A stretch of DNA of 64,000 bases from Eledone cirrhosa (lineage: Eukaryota), in NCBI GenBank assembly GCA_964016885.1, contig OZ024766.1:9176001-9240000 (forward strand). The letters are read 5' to 3'. Numbering within the stretch: the first letter of the stretch is position 1; the number at the start of each line of letters is the position of its first letter. The notes below the pieces were generated by a model. That model had not been told where the DNA came from and did no database searches. It was given only the letters and a program-made list of their open reading frames with translations. The position numbers and the translations under genes were made by a program. Below, one piece after another: positions 26,730 to 39,617 of the stretch.

Positions 26730-26916
26730 TTGTTTCTACTTTAGGCACAAGGCCAGCAATTATCCCAGTGCATTACTGGTACTTTATTTTATTGACCCCG
26801 TAAGGATGAAAGGCAAAGTCAACCTCGGCGGGATTTGAACTCAGATCGTAAAGGGACGTAACTATGCTGGAAAGCATGGCGTCCGACCATCCATCGATAC
26901 TGCGAATCCACCGCCC
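26730..26916 (-). mobile_element. SINE family 2
   Basis: Reverse complement of the 3603 element. Confidence 0.75.
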
Positions 26917-27036
26917 TAATTATATAGTAATAATAATAAATGTAAAGACTAAAATCCAAAGAGGGCTCGATAAGGAAAATATATATCAAATATATAAGAA
27001 CCGTAGAGCAAATATTTATTAAAATAACAGATTAAA

Positions 27037-27134
27037 GTTTAAGCAAAGAATCGCTGCTTTCACCCTTAACGGGATCTTCTGAAACAGTTTCAGAAGATCC
27101 CGTTAAGGGTGAAAGCAGCGATTCTTTGCTTAAA
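27037..27134. repeat. Perfect fold-back with hammerhead-like remnant (CAGAAGA TCCC..GGGT GAAA)
   Basis: TTTAAGCAAAGAATCGCTGCTTTCACCCTTAACGGGATCTTCTGAAAC/GTTTCAGAAGATCCCGTTAAGGGTGAAAGCAGCGATTCTTTGCTTAAA; single arm also at ~41186. Confidence 0.8.
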
Positions 27135-27335
27135 ATGTCTTGCTCAAGGAAACAACACATCACCCAGTCTGAGAATTTAACTCACAACCTTTCGATTTCA
27201 AGGCCAATGCTCTAACCACTAAGCCATGTGCCTCCATATATATATATATGATGTATACTCCAGTCCTACAAACTGTAGAGTGCTTCTTATCCGATATCTG
27301 CATTGCTTTATTGTACTACAATAAAACTCACCTTC

Positions 27336-27378
<43 letters not shown>

Positions 27379-27704
27379 ATATTATACTGGTACCACAAGG
27401 CACCCAGTCCACACTGTAAAGTGGTCGTGTAGGCGTCTGTCTCTCTCTCTCTCTCATTATCTCTCCCTCCCTCTCATTCTCTCATTATATCTCTCTCCCC
27501 CTCTCTCTCTGTCTCATTATCTCTATCTCTCATCTCTCTCTCACTCCTCTTTTTCTCTCTCTCATTCTCTCCCTCCCCCTCTTATTCTCTGTCTCATTAT
27601 CTCTCTCCCCCTCTCATTATCTCTCTCTCTCTCTCATTATCTCTCTCCTCTCATTATCTCTCTCCCCCTCTCATTATCTCTCTCTCATTATCTCTCTCCC
27701 CCTC

Positions 27705-27755
<51 letters not shown>

Positions 27756-27841
27756 TCTCACCCTCCTCTCATTATCTCTCTCCCCCTCTCATCTCTCTCT
27801 CATACTCTCTCATTATCTCTCCCCCTCTCTCTCTATTACAG

Positions 27842-28097
27842 GAAATACTAAGTCACGCTCGGGAGGACGCCAGGAAGGCAGTCATTCTGATTACTGATGG
27901 GTTCTCCAACGCCGGTGACCCCCGACCTCTGGCCGCCCAAATGCGGTCAAGGGGCGTGAAGATCTTTACGTTCGGCATTCGAAACGGGAACGTACGAGAG
28001 CTGACGGACATGGCATCTGACCCGAAGAATGAAACCTGCTACATTCTGGACAGCTTTGAGGAGTTCGAAGCCCTAGCACGCCGTGCACTTCATGAAG
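27842..28097 (+). CDS. SVEP1: SVEP1-like exon 2 (VWA C-terminal half)
   Basis: [85 protein letters not shown]; acceptor TTACAG, donor GTACGT; phase 0 to 1. Confidence 0.95.
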
Positions 28098-28104
28098 GTA
28101 CGTA

Positions 28105-31100
28105 ACCTTGAACAGCTAACTATAGTCAGTACAGAAACAAATTAGGTAACTATGATAAACCCTGGTTTGTAATCTTGGAAAAGAAACCTTGAACAGCTAA
28201 CTATAGCCAAAACTGGTCAGTACAGAAACAAATTAGGTAAATATGATAAACCCTGGTATGTAATCTTGGAAAAGAAACCTTGAACAGCTAACTATAGCCA
28301 AAACTGGTCAGTACAGAAACAAATTAGGTAAATATGATAAACCCTGGTATGTAATCTTGGAAAAGAAACCTTGAACAGCTAACTATAGCCAAAACTGGTC
28401 AGTACAGAAACAAATTAGGGAAATATGATAAACCCTGGTATGTAATCTTGGAAAAGAAACCTTGAACAGCTAACTATAGCCAAAACTGGTCAGTACAGAA
28501 ACAAATTAGGGAAATATGATAAACCCTGGTATGTAATCTTGGAAAAGAAACCTTGAACAGCTAACTATAGCCAAAACTGGTCAGTACAGAAACAAATTAG
28601 GTAACCATGATAAACCTTGGTATGTAATCTTGGAAAAGAAACCTTGAACAGCTAACTATAGCCAAACCTGGTCAGTACAGAAACAAATTAGGTAAATATG
28701 ATAAACCCTGGTATGTAATCTTGGAAAAGAAACCTTGAACAGCTAACTATAGCCAAACCTGGTCAGTACAGAAACAAATTAGGTAAATATGATAAACCCT
28801 GGTTTGTAATCTTGGAAAAGAAACCTTGAACAGCTAACTATAGCCAAACCTGGTCAGTACTAGAACAAATTAGGTAAATATGATAAACCCTGGTATGTAA
28901 TCTTGGAAAAGAAACCTTGAACAGCTAACTATAGCCAAACCTGGTCAGTACAGAAACAAATTAGGTAAATATGATAAACCCTGGTATGTAATCTTGGAAA
29001 AGAAACCTTGAACAGCTAACTATAGCCAAACCTGGTCAGTACAGAAACAAATTAGGTAAATATGATAAACCCTGGTATGTAATCTTGGAAAAGAAACCTT
29101 GAACAGCTAACTATAGCCAAACCTGGTCAGTACAGAAACAAATTAGGTAAATATGATAAACCTTGGTATGTAATCTTGGAAAAGAAACCTTGAACAGCTA
29201 ACTATAGCCAAACCTGGTCAGTACAGAAACAAATTAGGTAAATATGATAAACCCTGGTATGTAATCTTGGAAAAGAAACCTTGAACAGCTAACTATAGCC
29301 AAACCTGGTCAGTACAGAAACAAATTAGGTAAATATGATAAACCCTGGTTTGTAATCTTGGAAAAGAAACCTTGAACAGCTAACTATAGCCAAAACTGGT
29401 CAGTACAGAAACAAATTAGGTAACTATAATAAACCCTGGTTTGTAATCTTGGAAAAGAAACCTTGAACAGCTAACTATAGCCAAAACTGGTCAGTACAGA
29501 AACAAATTAGGTAAATATGATAAACCCTGGTATGTAATCTTGGAAAAGAAACCTTGAACAGCTAACTATAGCCAAAACTGGTCAGTACAGAAACAAATTA
29601 GGTAAATATGATAAACCTTGGTATGTAATCTTGGAAAAGAAACCTTGAACAGCTAACTATAGCCAAACCTAGTCAGTACAGAAACAAATTAGGTAAATAT
29701 GATAAACCCTGGTTTGTAATCTTGGAAAAGAAACCTTGAACAGCTAACTATAGCCAAAACTGGTCAGTACAGAAACAAATTAGGTAAATATGATAAACCC
29801 TGGTATGTAATCTTGGAAAAGAAACCTTGAACAGCTAACTATAGCCAAACCTGGTCAGTACTAGAACAAATTAGGTAAATATGATAAACCCTGGTATGTA
29901 ATCTTGGAAAAGAAACCTTGAACAGCTAACTATAGCCAAAACTGGTCAGTACAGAAACAAATTAGGTAAATATGATAAACCCTGGTATGTAATCTTGGAA
30001 AAGAAACCTTGAACAGCTAACTATAGCCAAAACTGGTCAGTACAGAAACAAATTAGGTAACCATGATAAACCTTGGTATGTAATCTTGGAAAAGAAACCT
30101 TGAACAGCTAACTATAGCCAAACCTGGTCAGTACAGAAACAAATTAGGTAAATATGATAAACCCTGGTATGTAATCTTGGAAAAGAAACCTTGAACAGCT
30201 AACTATAGCCAAACCTGGTCAGTACAGAAACAAATTAGGTAAATATGATAAACCCTGGTTTGTAATCTTGGAAAAGAAACCTTGAACAGCTAACTATAGC
30301 CAAACCTGGTCAGTACTAGAACAAATTAGGTAAATATGATAAACCCTGGTATGTAATCTTGGAAAAGAAACCTTGAACAGCTAACTATAGCCAAAACTGG
30401 TCAGTACTAGAACAAATTAGGTAAATATGATAAACCCTGGTATGTAATCTTGGAAAAGAAACCTTGAACAGCTAACTATAGCCAAACCTGGTCAGTACAG
30501 AAACAAATTAGGTAAATATAATAAACCCTGGTATGTAATCTTGGAAAAGAAACCTTGAACAGCTAACTATAGCCAAAACTGGTCAGTACTAGAACAAATT
30601 AGGTAAATATGATAAACCCTGGTATGTAATCTTGGAAAAGAAACCTTGAACAGCTAACTATAGCCAAACCTGGTCAGTACAGAAACAAATTAGGTAAATA
30701 TGATAAACCCTGGTATGTAATCTTGGAAAAGAAACCTTGAACAGCTAACTATAGCCAAAACTGGTCAGTACAGAAACAAATTAGGTAAATATGATAAACC
30801 CTGGTATGTAATCTTGGAAAAGAAACCTTGAACAGCTAACTATAGCCAAACCTGGTCAGTACAGAAACAAATTAGGTAACTATGATAAACCTTGGTATGT
30901 AATCTTGGAAAAGAAACCTTGAACAGCTAACTATAGCCAAAACTGGTCAGTACTAGAACAAATTAGGTAAATATGATAAACCCTGGTATGTAATCTTGGA
31001 AAAGAAACCTTGAACAGCTAACTATAGCCAAAACTGGTCAGTACTAGAACAAATTAGGTAAATATGATAAACCCTGGTTTGTAATCTTGGAAAAGAAACC

Positions 31101-34100
31101 TTGAACAGCTAACTATAGCCAAACCTGGTCAGTACAGAAACAAATTAGGTAAATATGATAAACCCTGGTTTGTAATCTTGGAAAAGAAACCTTGAACAGC
31201 TAACTATAGCCAAAACTGGTCAGTACAGAAACAAATTAGGTAAATATGATAAACCCTGGTATGTAATCTTGGAAAAGAAACGTTGAACAGCTAACTATAG
31301 CCAAAACTGGTCAGTACAGAAACAAATTAGGTAAATATGATAAACCCTGGTATGTAATCTTGGAAAAGAAACCTTGAACAGCTAACTATAGCCAAAACTG
31401 GTCAGTACAGAAACAAATTAGGTAAATATGATAAACCCTGGTATGTAATCTTGGAAAAGAAACCTTGAACAGCTAACTATAGCCAAAACTGGTCAGTACA
31501 GAAACAAATTAGGTAAATATGATAAACCCTGGTATGTAATCTTGGAAAAGAAACCTTGAACAGCTAACTATAGCCAAAACTGGTCAGTACAGAAACAAAT
31601 TAGGGAAATATGATAAACCCTGGTATGTAATCTTGGAAAAGAAACCTTGAACAGCTAACTATAGCCAAACCTGGTCAGTACAGTAACAAATTAGGTAAAT
31701 ATGATAAACCCTGGTATGTAATCTTGGAAAAGAAACCTTGAACAGCTAACTATAGCCAAAACTGGTCAGTACAGAAACAAATTAGGTAAATAAGATAAAC
31801 CCTGGTTTGTAATCTTGGAAAAGAAACCTTGAACAGCTAACTATAGCCAAACCTGGTCAGTACAGAAACAAATTAGGTAAATATGATAAACCCTGGTTTG
31901 TAATCTTGGAAAAGAAACCTTGAACAGCTAACTATAGCCAAAACTGGTCAGTACAGAAACAAATTAGGTAAATATGATAAACCCTGGTATGCAATCTTGG
32001 AAAAGAAACCTTGAACAGCTAACTATAGCCAAACCTGGTCAGTACAGAAACAAATTAGGTAAATATGATAAACCCTGGTTTGTAATCTTGGAAAAGAAAC
32101 CTTGAACAGCTAACTATAGCCAAAACTGGTCAGTACAGAAACAAATTAGGTAAATATGATAAACCTTGGTATGTAATCTTGGAAAAGAAACCTTAAACAG
32201 CTAACTATAGCCAAAACTGGTCAGTACAGAAACAAATTAGGTAACTATGATAAACCTTGGTATATAATCTTGGAAAAGAAACCTTGAACAGCTAACTATA
32301 GCCAAACCTGGTCAGTACTAGAACAAATTAGGTAAATATGATAAACCTTGGTATGTAATCTTGAAAAAGAAACCTTGAACAACTAACTATAGCCAAAACT
32401 GGTCAGTACAGAAACAAATTAGGTAAATATGATAAACCCTGGTATGTAATCTTGGAAAAGAAACCTTGAACAGCTAATTATAGCCAAAACTGGTCAGTAC
32501 TAGAACAAATTAGGTAAATATGATAAACCCTGGTATGTAATCTTGGAAAAGAAACCTTGAACAGCTAACTATAGCCAAAACTGGTCAGTACTAGAACAAA
32601 TTAGGTAAATATGATAAACCCTGGTATGTAATCTTGGAAAAGAAACCTTGAACAGCTAACTATAGCCAAAACTGGTCAGTACAGAAACAAATTAGGTAAC
32701 TATGATAAACCTTGGTATGTAATCTTGGAAAAGAAACCTTGAACAGCTAACTATAGCCAAAACTGGTCAGTACAGAAACAAATTAGGTAAATATGATAAA
32801 CCCTGGTATGTAATCTTGGAAAAGAAACCTTGAACAGCTAACTATAGCCAAAACTGGTCAGTACTAGAACAAATTAGGTAAATATGATAAACCCTGGTAT
32901 GTAATCTTGGAAAAGAAACCTTGAACAGCTAACTATAGCCAAAACTGGTCAGTACAGAAACAAATTAGGTAACTATGATAAACCCTGGTATGTAATCTTG
33001 GAAAAGAAACCTTGAACAGCTAACTATAGCCAAAACTGGTCAGTACAGAAACAAATTAGGTAACTATGATAAACCCTGGTATGTAATCTTGGAAAAGAAA
33101 CCTTGAACAGCTAACTATAGCCAAAACTGGTCAGTACAGAAACAAATTAGGTAACTATGATAAACCCTGGTATGTAATCTTGGAAAAGAAACCTTGAACA
33201 GCTAACTATAGCCAAAACTGGTCAGTACAGAAACAAATTAGGTAACTATGATAAACCCTGGTATGTAATCTTGGAAAAGAAACCTTGAACAGCTAACTAT
33301 AGCCAAAACTGGTCAGTACAGAAACAAATTAGGTAACTATGATAAACCCTGGTATGTAATCTTGGAAAAGAAACCTTGAACAGCTAACTATAGCCAAAAC
33401 TGGTCAGTACAGAAACAAATTAGGTAACTATGATAAACCCTGGTATGTAATCTTGGAAAAGAAACCTTGAAGAGCTAACTATAGCCAAAACTGGTCAGTA
33501 CAGAAACAAATTAGGTAACTATGATAAACCCTGGTATGTAATCTTGGAAAAGAAACCTTGAACAGCTAACTATAGCCAAAACTGGTCAGTACAGAAACAA
33601 ATTAGGTAACTATGATAAACCCTGGTATGTAATCTTGGAAAAGAAACCTTGAACAGCTAACTATAGCCAAAACTGGTCAGTACAGAAACAAATTAGGTAA
33701 CTATGATAAACCCTGGTATGTAATCTTGGAAAAGAAACCTTGAACAGCTAACTATAGCCAAAACTGGTCAGTACAGAAACAAATTAGGTAACTATGATAA
33801 ACCCTGGTATGTAATCTTGGAAAAGAAACCTTGAACAGCTAACTATAGCCAAAACTGGTCAGTACAGAAACAAATTAGGTAACTATGATAAACCCTGGTA
33901 TGTAATCTTGGAAAAGAAACCTTGAACAGCTAACTATAGCCAAAACTGGTCAGTACAGAAACAAATTAGGTAACTATGATAAACCCTGGTATGTAATCTT
34001 GGAAAAGAAACCTTGAACAGCTAACTATAGCCAAAACTGGTCAGTACAGAAACAAATTAGGTAACTATGATAAACCTTGGTATGTAATCTTGGAAAAGAA

Positions 34101-34245
34101 ATTTTGAACAGCTAACTATAGCCAAAACTGGTCAGTACAGAAACAAATTAGGTAAATATGACAAACCTTGGTATGTAATCTTAAAAAGGAAACTTTGAAT
34201 AACTAACTATAGCCACAACAGGTTAGTACTAAAACAAATTATGTA
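28105..34245. repeat. 91-bp minisatellite, about 67 copies
   Basis: AACCTTGAACAGCTAACTATAGCCAAAACTGGTCAGTACAGAAACAAATTAGGTAAATATGATAAACCCTGGTATGTAATCTTGGAAAAGA; period 91 (28185 to 28276). Confidence 0.97.
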
Positions 34246-34249
34246 TGGT

Positions 34250-34368
34250 TTCTAAGTTCAAATCCCGCCGATGTTAGATTTACCTTTCATCCTTACAGGG
34301 TCGATAAAATAAAGTACCAGTAATGTACTGGGTAATTGCTGGCCTTGTGCCTAAAGTAGAAACAATTA
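34250..34368 (+). mobile_element. SINE family 2 fragment
   Basis: CCTTTCATCCTTACAGGGTCGATAAAATAAAGTACCAG ... GTAGAAACAATTATT. Confidence 0.75.
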
Positions 34369-34507
34369 TTTATTCAAACTAATCCAACTTATTTTACAAA
34401 CGGGATAAAAAAAATATATTCTGTACGCAGTCCCACACTCCTTACTTTGTTATAGTTTAGATTATCAACATCAGTATTTCTTGGTTTCTCTCTCCTCACC
34501 ACCACAG

Positions 34508-34684
34508 ACTTACACGGAGGCAGCTACAGTACGCAGACATCAAACAAATGTGACAAACTGTGCCAGGACGGACGAGATTGCTGCGACCCGAAGGCCTACT
34601 GTGCATGTGGTACACACACGGGCAACTACGAGTGCATATGCCAGAAGGGTTTCTATGGAAACGGTCTCAAAGACGGATGTTCAC
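34508..34684 (+). CDS. SVEP1: SVEP1-like exon 3 (Cys-rich/EGF-like); correct frame not in the ORF track
   Basis: (D)LHGGSYSTQTSNKCDKLCQDGRDCCDPKAYCACGTHTGNYECICQKGFYGNGLKDGCS; acceptor CCACAG, donor GTGAGT; phase 1 to 1. Confidence 0.93.
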
Positions 34685-34868
34685 GTGAGTTGTGGCATTC
34701 ATGCCTTTCCTACTCTTGTTTTGTTTCCACCCCTACATATGCAAATATATATAGATCTGACAACAGATACACTTACAGATACATACATGGACCTGTTATT
34801 TATATCTAAAGACATTTTTTCCAATACCACCCCACCCGTCCCCTCAATCTATCTTATTTCTCATTCTT

Positions 34869-34904
34869 TCTTCTGATGAAGGATTAGCGTCCGAAACGTT
34901 GAGA
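34869..34904 (+). ncRNA. Ultra-minimal hammerhead motif (family C)
   Basis: TCTT CTGATGA A GGA-ttagcg-TCC GAAACGTT GAGA; palindromic AACGTT stem III; homolog on minus strand at 59678. Confidence 0.7.
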
Positions 34905-34941
34905 CCCTCTTCCTGCTATTTCAAGCATTAACCTAATATAT

Positions 34942-35163
34942 AAAAGGACGATCGACTTTCGTCAAATCGGACCGAGGGAACAATGTTTCCGTTGGTCTTT
35001 CCAATTGCTAATACTATCTATCGGTCGCAACTCCAGGTAGAAGGAGCAACGTGAAATAAAGTGTCTTGCTCAAGGACATAACGCATCGCCTGGTCCAGGA
35101 ATCGAACTCACAACCTTACAATTGCGAATCCAATTCTCTAACCACTCAGCCACACGCCTTCAC
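34942..35163 (-). mobile_element. tRNA-derived SINE with 12-bp target-site duplication, inserted in a family C element
   Basis: A box TGGCTGAGTGG and B box GAGTTCGATTCC on minus strand; TSD AACCTAATATAT at 34930-34941 and 35164-35175. Confidence 0.85.
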
Positions 35164-35237
35164 AACCTAATATATTCCTTCCATATATTGTACCGATTCT
35201 GTTGTTATTTCTGTTTACCTTTTATATATATATATAT

Positions 35238-35379
35238 ATATTGTTATACTTGGGGAGGGTCATATTGTTATAATATTGCCAGAAATAATAACAGAACACA
35301 CTCACTGTTTGGTTTGGGTTGTTCTGTTATTATTTCTAGCAATATTATAACAATATGACCCTCCCCAAGTATAACAATA
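35238..35379. repeat. Fold-back element
   Basis: TATTGTTATACTTGGGGAGGGTCATATTGTTATAATATTGC ... GCAATATTATAACAATATGACCCTCCCCAAGTATAACAATA; one arm also present at 3570-4015, split by SINEs. Confidence 0.8.
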
Positions 35380-35621
35380 TTTGTTTCGACACATGATTTC
35401 ATATCAAAAACCTATAAAAAAAAAAAAAGTATATATATATAGGGCGGTGCCCCAGCATGGCCTCAGCCGGATGGCTGAAACAGGTAAAAGAGTAATATAT
35501 ACATTAGGTTTGTTGGTTCAGAACTGGATAGATCTAAATCCAAGAGTGATGCTTTGAGACATTTTTGGGGGGAAAATATGTACGTCTTATAAACCAGCAA
35601 ATACGCTATATAAATATATAT

Positions 35622-36210
35622 ACTAGCCAAATTACCTGTGCCTTGCTGCGTTTCACAGATTTTTTTGTAAGAAAATGATGATCTATTTTAAATCACTGAT
35701 ATAATTTATGGAGAAAAAATAAAGGGAAAATATTAAAAAAGTAGAGGCATTAACTAATAATTTTTGTTGTCACAATTCTAGTGATGTTTTGCCATAGATA
35801 AAATGTCTAAATTAGACAAATTTTACTATAAAAGAGAGATGGTTTTTTTGTCGATTTACGTTTAATTAATAGAAAAACCCCTGATAATAGAGGTTCCAAT
35901 ACTCAAGTTATGGGCTTCCAAAATTTTCACTATAGGGGGGTTTAATATTATTGAAATTTGCTGAAATTTTGTGAATAGGCATCATATCTTGTCATTTACC
36001 TATGGTTTAAATTTCATATAAATCGAAAGGAAAAAAATTTTCAGTGGGTGTTTGTGCCCCCTGGGGAACCCTTTGATTAAAATGAAATATACTTTTCCAA
36101 GTACTCTGGGCAATGTAGTTTCAGAATATATATGGTTATGGGGAGGGGGGGGGGGTCTATCTCCAAAACCAGAGGAGGAGTTTGTGAATAAACAAACAAA
36201 CAGGAACTAC

Positions 36211-36215
<5 letters not shown>
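35622..36215 (-). mobile_element. Possible non-autonomous Helitron
   Basis: Begins ACTAG (CTAGT on minus strand) near a GC-richer segment and ends ACAAACAAAC...TTTTATATA in (TA)n; pattern resemblance only. Confidence 0.4.
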
Positions 36216-36262
<47 letters not shown>

Positions 36263-36611
36263 ATATACACACACACATATACATACATTGGTATTCTTAA
36301 TGCGTTGAAATTTTTAGTATAAAACTGTTTATTTATCAATGACTGTTTATGTGGTGACCTCTCGTGACCCCTAGCGACCCCAGTGACCCCAAGATAACAA
36401 GGATTTTTCTCAAAACCCCTGGGGTCAAACTTCGTACCATCCTAGATGTTTTCATAAAATCATACAGCACCACACACACCTGTGTATATATATATATACA
36501 TATATACACACACACACATACATACAAGAGGAGATATGTATACACACACACACATACATACAAGAGGAGATATGTATACACACACACACACATATATATA
36601 TATACACACAC

Positions 36612-36642
<31 letters not shown>

Positions 36643-37794
36643 AGTATATATATATACACACACACACACACACATATATATATACACATATAGACACACA
36701 AACTAAGGAGAAGAAGAAGAAGGCAAAGAAGAAGGATACAACCACTAAATAGTAAGCCAACTTGGAAAATAAAAGTAAATGTAGACCCCCCCCTTCTTCC
36801 TTACAAGAGTTGATAAACAGAAGGGAGACAGAAGAGGCCAGGGCTGATGAGGTTGAAATAGGTGGGAACATGACTGATGAGGGGGAAACAGGTGGGAACA
36901 TGACTGATGAGGGGGAAACAGGTGGGAACATGACTGATGAGGAGGAAACAGGTGGGAACATGACTGATGAGGACAGAATGGGACAGAAAATGAGAGAGAG
37001 AGATGTAGAGAGAGATAAAGAGGGAGCGAAAGAGACAAACACACGCACACAAATCAAGAGAGAGAGAGAGAGTGAAAGAGAGAAAAGGAGAGATGTAGAG
37101 AGAGAGAAAGAGAGATGTAGAGAGAGATGTAAAGAGAGAGATGTAAAGAGAGAGAGATGTAGAGAGAGATGTAAAGAGAGAGAGATGTAGAGAGAGATGT
37201 AAAGAGAGAGAGAGAAAGAGATGTAGAGAGAAAGAAAGAGATGTAGAGAGAGAGAAAGAGAGAGATGTAGAGAAAAATAGAGAGAAAGAGAGATGTAGAG
37301 AGAAAGAGAGATGTAGAGATAGAGAGAGATGTATAGAGAGAGAGATGTATAGAGAGAGAGAGAGAGAGAGAGAGACGGCGAGAGAGAGAGAGACGGCGAG
37401 AGAGAGAGAGAGAGAGAGAGAGACGGCGAGAGATAGAGAGAGAGAGAGAGACGGCGAGAGATAAAGAGAGATATACAAACATATAGAGACATGCTAACAT
37501 GCTGGCGGCTGGGCTTGATATGACAGCAGACGACCCTGTCGAAAGCTGGGCACAAAATGGCGACATATAGCTTCAACACTTTATCATATCACAGAATATC
37601 TTATCAAATCCGGATATTTTCGGCTTGAAAACAGTAAATAAATAAAAACTATTTCAGTGAAATATTTCGTTTGATTTCTGTAGATGTAATCTTTATCGTG
37701 TTTATTTAATAACGGAACTTCTGACGACTGTTAAAATATATATTTTAACACATTTTGAAACACAAATATATACATATATATACATAATATATAC

Positions 37795-37857
<63 letters not shown>

Positions 37858-37860
37858 TAT

Positions 37861-37902
<42 letters not shown>

Positions 37903-37977
37903 GCATATATATAAACACACATACATATATACACATATATATAGAAACACATACATATACATATACACACATACATA

Positions 37978-38360
37978 CATCATCATCATTTCATTTTACA
38001 TCCGCTTTTTCCCTGCTTGCAAGGGTGGGACGGGAACTGATTCTGACTTGATTTCTACAGCTGGATGCCCTTCCTAACACCAACCTCATTTACAGTGAGT
38101 GCTGGGTGCTTTTTTGCCATGGCACCTCCACAACCACTTTACAGTCCCTATCATCTCATTTCTACAGCTGAGTAAACTGGAGCAATGTGAAATAAAGTGT
38201 CTTGTTTCCTTGATATAGGAAACAAGACACTTTATTTCACATTGCTCCAGTTTACTCAGCTGTAGAAATGAGATGATAGGGACTGGGGTCCATATCATAC
38301 CACTGCAAAGTGGTCGTGGAGGTGCCACGGCAAAAAAGCACCCAGCACTCACTGTATGAT
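37978..38360. mobile_element. SINE family 1 copy with internal fold-back inversion
   Basis: ...GTGTCTTGTTTCCT-tgatat-AGGAAACAAGACAC...; arms ~38146-38210 and 38217-38283. Confidence 0.85.
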
Positions 38361-38669
38361 GATGACATACATATACATACACACACACATATATATATAC
38401 ATATATATATATACACACACACAGTTATATATATATATATATATATATACAAGTGGAAGCTTAGTAAAATCGAAGCTTTGGCTGTGGGCAAGCAAAGTCG
38501 ACCTACAATAAGGAATGAGTAGCAAATCACTCAATAAGGGTAGGTCCTTAGAGTAATAACATTACGTTTAGATAGCTTGACAAATTGAACATTGCGGAAA
38601 AATAATTTTCAGGAGTTATTAATATTAAAATATAAGTATTAATAAAATAGATGTTCTTTTGATCAATTA

Positions 38670-38724
38670 CATTTTATTATACATATTTCAGAGGTACAAC
38701 AGTACGTCCTCATCAGACAAAATA
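38670..38724 (-). ncRNA. Type I hammerhead motif (family A)
   Basis: Exact reverse complement of 38796-38850. Confidence 0.82.
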
Positions 38725-38795
38725 TAATGATACATGACATACCCTGAGATGTTAAATGGTTAAGATTTAATCAAGGTAGTTTATATATATATTTA

Positions 38796-38850
38796 TATTT
38801 TGTCTGATGAGGACGTACTGTTGTACCTCTGAAATATGTATAATAAAATG
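38796..38850 (+). ncRNA. Type I hammerhead motif (family A), sense to SVEP1 intron 3
   Basis: TATTTTGT CTGATGA GGA-C-GTAC-tgtt-GTAC-C-TCT GAAA TATGTA TA ATAAAATG. Confidence 0.85.
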
Positions 38851-39178
38851 TAATTGACCAAAAGAACATCTATTTTATTAATATTTGTATTTTAATATTA
38901 ATAACTCTGGAAAATTATTTTTTGCTGTAGAGTGCTTCCAATCTACTGTAAAACTCATTCTTTGATGTACTCATTGAATCTTGTTTAACTCTTTAATCCA
39001 AACCCATGCAAGCGTGGAAGATGGACGTTAAACGATGATGATGATGATATATATATGTATATAATCACTATATAGTTGACACCTGAGAGAAAAGACTACT
39101 CAATACCAAAGTAGAGTTTTAATATTCTTTTTATTAACAAGGCTCACTATTTAGCCTTAATAAAATGAATACATACAT

Positions 39179-39218
<40 letters not shown>

Positions 39219-39239
39219 AAGGGGGAGAGAGAAAGAGAG

Positions 39240-39460
39240 GAGGCACATGGCGTAGAAATGAGATGATAGGGACTGGGGTCCCTATCATTCCACTGCAAAG
39301 TGGTCGTGGAGGTGCCACGGCAAAAAAGCACCCAGCACTCACTGTAAATGAAGTTGGTGTTAGGAAGGGCATCCAGCTGTAGAAATCAGGCCATACTCAG
39401 TTCCCGTCCCACCCTTGCAAGCAGGGAAAAGCGGACATAAAATGATGATGATGATGATGA
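39240..39460 (+). mobile_element. SINE family 1, internally deleted
   Basis: GGAGGCACATGGC joined directly to GTAGAAATGAGATGATAGGG; tail AAAATGATGATG. Confidence 0.8.
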
Positions 39461-39489
39461 TATAAGCAACTTTTGTAAACCAACTTTTG

Positions 39490-39550
39490 TATTTTATCTG
39501 ATGAGAGTGTACCAAAATGTTGGTACCCTTGAAATATATATAATGAAATA
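39490..39550 (+). ncRNA. Type I hammerhead motif (family A), sense to SVEP1 intron 3
   Basis: TATTTTAT CTGATGA GAG-T-GTACCA..TGGTAC-C-CTT GAAA TATATA TA ATGAAATA. Confidence 0.85.
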
Positions 39551-39617
39551 AATATGGTTTTATAAAGATAGCTTCCATTTATTAATATTATTGATATATA
39601 TATATATATATATATAT

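Larger units (their letters stand above)
38598..38922. mobile_element. Inverted-repeat element with two intact, oppositely oriented hammerheads
   Basis: Arms ~38598-38726 and ~38793-38922, spacer ~65 bp. Confidence 0.85.

Noticed and set aside
16425-34245. 59-bp and 91-bp arrays as CRISPR arrays
   Set aside because: No unique spacers, no cas genes, eukaryotic intronic context; these are plain minisatellites
34481-34876. 131-aa ORF from the track (also 47179-47409)
   Set aside because: Wrong reading frames overlapping true SVEP1-like exons 3 and 7
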